Source: Phoronis australis
Lineage: Eukaryota; Animalia; Phoronida
Assembly (NCBI GenBank): GCA_002633005.1
Contig: NMRA01000048.1
Span: forward strand, 1,046,483 to 1,102,407
DNA: 55,925 nucleotides
Direction of reading: 5' to 3'
Shown here: positions 54,101-55,925 of the stretch, piece after piece
How positions within the stretch are numbered: position 1 is the stretch's first letter
Layout: the number at the start of each line of letters is the position of its first letter
Notes under the pieces: model-generated
Databases searched by the model: none
The model's input: only the letters and a program-made list of their open reading frames with translations
What the model was told of the DNA's origin: nothing
Position numbers and translations under genes: made by a program

Positions 54101-54936
54101 TTGCATTTCTTTATTCTCAAAAGCACTGGTGTAATTCTAGATTCATTGCAGAAGGCACATTTGTATGAATAGTTTGAAAATCTTTTACTAAAGGGTAAAA
54201 CGATGCATTGAAGGAAATCCCTGGACGTGCAACTCTGTGATAAATAGAAACCATACTAAAAACTGTAGGGTTAGCAAAAAGGGCTGGGTTTGAGCAACAG
54301 TCCACCGAACATAACCCCTGTGGGTGAATACTGCAGTTTTCAAGCAGTACAGATTGATTACAATGACAGAGCTAGTTAAAAGACCAAAAAACAAATCTAT
54401 CAAATCTATTTATCGCATGCACAGAGCATTTGCATCTGCAGTAAACATTCTCCAGCTTGGGACAATCTCTAAATTTAGGAACAGCGAAATTTATTAAGTC
54501 AAAATTCAATTCTGTTGATTCTGGAGAATGGGACACGAGCATATTTGATGCTCACCATACATCTCCAATATTGGACTCTGCGCTAAGTATGAACAATGTC
54601 CGATAATAGACAGGATGCCATTTGTGAAACACTTTCATGCATCCCCATAATGCATAACATAAAGATAAACAGTCAGTTGTCGTGGATCCTAATTCTTGAA
54701 TTTGAGACAACCAATATTGACCAATTCTGAAAATTCGTATAACCTGATATACCTGGTATAACAAAATGACAATTTTTTCCTGTCTTAAACCGGGTAATTT
54801 TTACCATACATTTTGAGCTCAAGTTCTTACCTGCCAATCCTCACTATGTCGGGTATACTTTTCATGAAGTCGTGCAAGTTGTCAAACCCCAGGCGTCTGA
54901 ATGGGAGTGGCTCGTTTGTGATGCCTCGGTAATCAG
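11982..54936 (-). CDS. TDRD7: Tudor domain-containing protein 7-like (LOTUS-dsRBD-LOTUS-Tudor x3+), multi-exon, partial at both ends
   Basis: 21 exons with GT/AG boundaries and matching phases join into one open frame (2534 nt, ~844 codons): 54936-54831, 54067-53953, 52668-52459, 51572-51443, 50224-50093, 49410-49336, 47055-47006, 32113-31980, 30839-30731, 30242-30202, 23045-22934, 22067-21942, 20402-20174, 19699-19562, 18796-18696, 18133-17981, 17110-17015, 15768-15656, 13814-13700, 12924-12796, 12101-11982. Segments such as RLVGSEYSDKLEALEEAMANYYSK and FFDTCGETDVNINEAL resemble TDRD7 as I recall it. Confidence 0.88.
12796..12924 (-). CDS. TDRD7: Tdrd7 exon: Tudor C start (VGSTVEGYVSYVSARGTVFFQVLGPGL...)
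   Basis: tctccag acceptor, AAA|gtaagt donor, phase 0/0. Confidence 0.85.
13263..13484. repeat. Minisatellite, 74 bp x3
   Basis: gctcagcaaataaaag...caaagtgaca at 13263, 13337, 13411. Confidence 0.9.
13700..13814 (-). CDS. TDRD7: Tdrd7 exon: end of Tudor B (FFDTCGETDVNINEAL...LPP)
   Basis: ttttcag acceptor in phase 2, CCT|gtaggt donor. Confidence 0.85.
13922..15356 (+). mobile_element. Non-autonomous Helitron (3' end clear, 5' end approximate) with a nested MITE-like segment near 14914
   Basis: 3' hairpin ccgtgc-gaaa-gcacgg (15330-15345), then CTAG (15353-15356) and T; tc...agtatataaaa-type start; CpG-rich interior. Confidence 0.55.
15372..15662. repeat. Minisatellite, 58 bp x5, including the exon donor site
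   Basis: aataagtagcatatg...cctacctttcc at 15372, 15430, 15488, 15546, 15604. Confidence 0.92.
15656..15768 (-). CDS. TDRD7: Tdrd7 exon: Tudor B SN-like part (AISCCLAGLEQF...GKTYVAEVLER)
   Basis: ccctcag acceptor, AG|gtagga donor; CxLAGLE motif. Confidence 0.88.
16685..16898. repeat. Minisatellite, 26 bp x~8
   Basis: ttggttatgaggggagactatcatag units. Confidence 0.92.
17015..17110 (-). CDS. TDRD7: Tdrd7 exon: Tudor B (VDCLFLDHGDSEV...LPYQ)
   Basis: ttgcag acceptor, CAG|gtgggt donor; FLDHG and LPxQ motifs. Confidence 0.88.
17981..18133 (-). CDS. TDRD7: Tdrd7 exon: Tudor B (DKLEALEEAMANYYSK...LYAACSEDSWFRVQV)
   Basis: Phase 0/0, CAG|gtaggt donor. Confidence 0.88.
18496..18655. repeat. Minisatellite, 31 bp x5
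   Basis: caaagcaatgacagtgatgaacactctggta units. Confidence 0.92.
18696..18796 (-). CDS. TDRD7: Tdrd7 exon: Tudor B start (WDVYVSYIRNTNYLVFRLVGSEYS)
   Basis: ccctttcag acceptor, TCG|gtgagt donor, phase 1 to 0. Confidence 0.85.
19562..19699 (-). CDS. TDRD7: Tdrd7 exon: end of Tudor A SN-like fold (...SLNDYLVKRGLA...)
   Basis: ttcctcag acceptor, G|gtatgt donor; NxxLVxxGLA motif. Confidence 0.85.
20174..20402 (-). CDS. TDRD7: Tdrd7 exon: Tudor A (TEVEIYYVDFGNSEV...PHQAFRCQLHNVRP...WS)
   Basis: YVDFGN, PxQAxxCxL and WS motifs; G|gtgag donor. Confidence 0.9.
20608..20824. repeat. Minisatellite, 43 bp x5
   Basis: ctgctctaatttattgcagacc...caaccga units. Confidence 0.9.
21942..22067 (-). CDS. TDRD7: Tdrd7 exon: Tudor A core (GMFCVAQFSEDKGWYRAQI)
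   Basis: CAG|gtaag donor; canonical Tudor CxAxFxxDxxWYRAxI. Confidence 0.9.
22934..23045 (-). CDS. TDRD7: Tdrd7 exon: extended Tudor A, N-terminal strands (TKLTGFISHPIDPLHFYVQ...)
   Basis: tttctgtttgcag|C phase-2 acceptor, GGG|gtaagc donor; PxxFYVQ motif. Confidence 0.85.
25925..26462 (-). CDS. SGNH/GDSL-hydrolase-fold (OSK-like) domain, catalytically degenerate; candidate alternative terminal exon of Tdrd7 (or a stand-alone ORF from the ATG at 26497)
   Basis: Uninterrupted ORF with SGNH blocks: VLLIGQA (GDS position), PDIAYLHLGHVDL (GxND position), PNCRIIVSQIL, YMFNKLV, and RLNAQGVQQL (DxxH/N..G position). Acceptor cctttctatctttcag|T at 26463 is phase 2; TAG stop; ATTAAA at 25875-25870. 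Confidence 0.72.
27159..27289. repeat. Minisatellite, 43 bp x3
   Basis: caatgtcctgtagattatactactgtaggccctacc units. Confidence 0.85.
27440..28320 (+). pseudogene. Decayed Tc1/mariner transposase
   Basis: VMVWAGMS, GNLNAVKYRDDIL, (Q)DDNA, RPDLNSIEHLWDQL, QEWNAI and SMHR motifs with stops and frameshifts. Confidence 0.85.
27634..27905. repeat. Minisatellite, 39 bp x7, inside the Tc1 remnant
   Basis: ttcagttgtgaatgtcatggagtgggctggtatgtctta units. Confidence 0.92.
29110..30069 (-). mobile_element. Non-autonomous TTAA-flanked DNA transposon (Kolobok-like) carrying a broken THAP zinc finger
   Basis: MKRCVCGGCSN...(frameshift)...KDAKVAQ*WHRFV...LCSAHFEESCF = THAP C2CH; imperfect TIRs acagtacacaccatg / catgttgcgtacact, each next to ttaa. 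Confidence 0.6.
30202..30242 (-). CDS. TDRD7: Tdrd7 41-nt linker exon (ENIKIEDPVLPPVG); its phase-2 donor fits both the SGNH exon and the first Tudor exon
   Basis: cttttttattctgcccag acceptor, GG|gtaggt donor; bridges phase 0 to phase 2 as the model requires. Confidence 0.75.
30731..30839 (-). CDS. TDRD7: Tdrd7 exon: end of LOTUS 2 (VVPNTDRRILYP...) and linker
   Basis: tttaatttcag acceptor in phase 2, ATG|gtaaag donor; ILYP terminal strand. Confidence 0.78.
31568..31764. repeat. Minisatellite, 25 bp x8
   Basis: tgtaaatatagagggtccaggacgt units. Confidence 0.92.
31980..32113 (-). CDS. TDRD7: Tdrd7 exon: LOTUS domain 2 core (ILSRRTNGLWESRLIVEYEEKYSEKPPSHLARLIEEWPEVVRIE)
   Basis: Long pyrimidine tract plus cag; GLWxxxLxxxYxxxY...WP motif of TDRD7 internal LOTUS domains. 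Confidence 0.85.
34813..34962. repeat. Minisatellite, 13 bp x~11
   Basis: agattttttcatg units. Confidence 0.9.
35801..37204. mobile_element. Helentron/HINE-like non-autonomous repeat
   Basis: Family-typical phrases aaaatggccaccac...atcttggatccgatc...aaacaatagggttcta and caaaggcaaataactc; boundaries approximate. Confidence 0.4.
37785..38390 (-). mobile_element. 5'-truncated L2/Crack-type LINE
   Basis: DLLNKLRWCSL...VYKATHSPTPNYL...HNYIT*...KNNCGKRIFAYRGAVTYNRL C-terminal motifs; (AAAT)n tail at 37785-37803. Confidence 0.75.
38462..38840. mobile_element. MITE-like repeat (gttcac...gtgaac ends); diverged inverted relative at ~6860-7205
   Basis: Shared blocks tttgctggc...gtttaagttacccca (38545-38580) and the reverse complement of 7085-7125; gctagcattttc repeats. 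Confidence 0.45.
41590..41748. repeat. Minisatellite, 14 bp x~11
   Basis: aaactaatatgtgt units. Confidence 0.9.
42950..43400 (-). mobile_element. Penelope-like 3' remnant with a hammerhead-like core
   Basis: IICREPNKELLYIKESLAIQNQ...SLN GIY-YIG tail; CTGATGA-tgtct-aatgaaa-agac-GAAA at 43074-43048. Confidence 0.6.
43794..43988. repeat. Minisatellite, 28 bp x7
   Basis: tcatcagtacgtcctcttgcaactgata units. Confidence 0.92.
44207..45238 (+). CDS. BTB/POZ domain protein (~261 aa; exons 44207-44450 and 44697-45238), nested antisense in a Tdrd7 intron
   Basis: TDVALIVEGRKLHAHKQYLAEWSPVWKRMF...EVPLPGK...LHCIYP joins in phase 1 to ITEKNVSILLELSDEYQIDALKSRCEEYL. Coiled-coil-like tail with CxxH...CxxC. 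An acceptor at 44179 implies an upstream exon. Confidence 0.88.
45966..46115. mobile_element. 150-bp MITE (PIF/Harbinger-like) with CTG target duplication
   Basis: TIRs ggtagaattc..aacgctaggacct / aggtcctagcgtt..gaactctacc flanked by ctg on both sides. Confidence 0.65.
47006..47055 (-). CDS. TDRD7: Tdrd7 exon: first helix of LOTUS domain 2 (DGSHSFDELGVKERVRE)
   Basis: gtccctttag acceptor, GAG|gtaag donor; joins in frame to ILSRRTNGLW at 32113 across a ~14.9-kb intron. Confidence 0.75.
49336..49410 (-). CDS. TDRD7: Tdrd7 exon: dsRBD C-terminal helix (DFCNTKSDAEHSAAQTACMSLGIRP)
   Basis: Phase 1/1, G|gtgagt donor; KxxAExxAAxxAxxxL helix motif. Confidence 0.82.
50093..50224 (-). CDS. TDRD7: Tdrd7 exon: dsRBD N-half (ALSYKALLHNALQKFNEKPVYETTMTREGFVSIVTARERVFGST)
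   Basis: cacttcag acceptor, G|gtaagc donor; dsRBD pattern YKxxLxxxxQK...PxY...FxSxV. Confidence 0.82.
50820..50903 (-). mobile_element. Degenerate tRNA-derived SINE head
   Basis: A-box-like gtcctagtgg and B-box-like ggtttgagtcc; no cloverleaf. Confidence 0.3.
51443..51572 (-). CDS. TDRD7: Tdrd7 exon: linker with EVPPRFQK motif
   Basis: tttcacaag acceptor, G|gtaagt donor, phase 0 to 1, open frame. Confidence 0.75.
52459..52668 (-). CDS. TDRD7: Tdrd7 exon: basic Pro/Arg-rich linker (YNMSRRPFVKKGG...FERTIKQ)
   Basis: ttttttgtag acceptor, CAA|gtaaga donor, phase 0/0, 210 nt open. Confidence 0.75.
53679..53857. repeat. Minisatellite, 32 bp x~5.5
   Basis: ggcattaaactcaccaagcttgatttgaccga units. 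Confidence 0.88.
53953..54067 (-). CDS. TDRD7: Tdrd7 exon: LOTUS-1 C-terminal strand and extension helix (RHKDTGDTCYFAVADETTKGLQRMIACQKGKKKRGKPVG)
   Basis: ttttccag acceptor in phase 2 matches the previous exon; eLOTUS extension-like A.ETTxxLxxMIxxQK. The donor could be 6 nt further on (gttagg), same phase. Confidence 0.82.
54831..54936 (-). CDS. TDRD7: Tdrd7 exon: LOTUS domain 1 core (DYRGITNEPLPFRRLGFDNLHDFMKSIPDIVRIG)
   Basis: ttttccag acceptor, AG|gtaag donor; LOTUS/OST-HTH signature DY...P(F)xxLGFxxLxxFxxSIPDxV. Confidence 0.9.
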
Positions 54937-55031
54937 CTGGAAAATGAATGTACACAAGCGCATTTAAAGTTCAAATGATACATGATTGCCATTAATAGGA
55001 AGCATTCTATATCCTATTACAACTCTTTAGA

Positions 55032-55700
55032 CAGAGCTCAACACTAACGGTTGCCCGATTGCCCGTGTACATGTAGATTTTGCGTCGGGCAAGTGGAATT
55101 TGAAAAGTACTTGCCCGATGGGCAAGTTAAAAAGCTAGCCGCATAGGCAAGTAGATCCTAAGATTGTCTGCTCGACATTTGCTCCAAAGTAACAAACCCC
55201 GACACAAGCCTAAAAACCGTCGAAAAAGCCCCTGTGGCCGTCAATGAAACTCCAGTCTTCGAATGAGCACCGAAAGGAAAATAGAACGAGTGATGCAGCG
55301 TGCACAGATGACGCTCGCGGTCAAATCCTTTCGATTCTCTGAACGTGCCCTGCAGTTTCTGAATAAGTTATCACGTGATACTACTGATCGTCTGCACTCT
55401 GGCAAAACGTCTAAACATGGAAGCCGTAGCCTTGACGGCATTGGTTTAGTTGCTAAAAACGAGTTCAGGAAGAATCAAAGCAATGATATGAAACGAAAAG
55501 AGTGCGGGGTTCCGTCATGGGAAATTAGGTTTTCTGGCCTGCGAGACAGTGAACAAGGGATGACGTTTGATTTTTGCCGGCGTTTACCCATGTTCAGCTG
55601 GAAGCACCGCGTTCGTCAGCGGATGTAAGTCATACAGATAAGCGCAAAAGCTAAAAAGTGAATGATTGACGACATATTTTCTACACTACACATCAGTTTA
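55032..55700 (+). mobile_element. hAT-type transposon left end with decayed TTF-zinc-finger transposase N-terminus
   Basis: CAGAGCTC start; repeated ttgccc/gggcaag subterminal motifs; KRK...SW...GMTFDFCR then frameshifted AFVSGCKSYR. Confidence 0.5.
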
Positions 55701-55925
55701 AAAGGCCTGGTATTTATTCAGGGGGAATTCCAAAGGACATTCTTATGAATTCCCGGCTCCCGGTGGCGACTCCTGAAAGAAGAGGAATACGGTCTTCGGG
55801 ATTGCCGCTCTGAAGTCTGAAGGGTGACTTTTTCGCGGTCTATCTATTTTTCAAAAATGTAATTATTTATTGAAAATAAAAGTATATGTGGCATTATTAT
55901 ATGTTAAAATTTGATTTTAATTTAA

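Overview
AT-rich, intron-rich animal genomic DNA, probably from a non-insect invertebrate (the taxon cannot be fixed from this window). Most of the window is one minus-strand gene, a TDRD7/Tapas-type germ-granule gene. I assembled 21 GT-AG exons (54936 to 11982) into one continuous reading frame: extended LOTUS, low-complexity linker, dsRBD, second LOTUS, then three extended Tudor domains. The start exon and the last Tudor exons appear to lie outside the window. The main finding is in the intron after the LOTUS-2 linker exon: an intact ~178-aa SGNH/GDSL-fold ORF (26462 to 25925) with degenerate catalytic residues. Its acceptor is in the same phase as the first Tudor exon's, so alternative splicing would give a LOTUS-dsRBD-LOTUS-SGNH protein, i.e. 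an Oskar-like (LOTUS+OSK) architecture made from the Tdrd7 locus. This splicing is inferred, not observed. The large introns also hold an antisense two-exon BTB/POZ gene, a same-strand mucin-like type I membrane protein gene, many decayed mobile elements (Penelope-like, L2/Crack LINE, Tc1, THAP/Kolobok-like, hAT, Helitron/Helentron-like, MITEs) and many short minisatellites.
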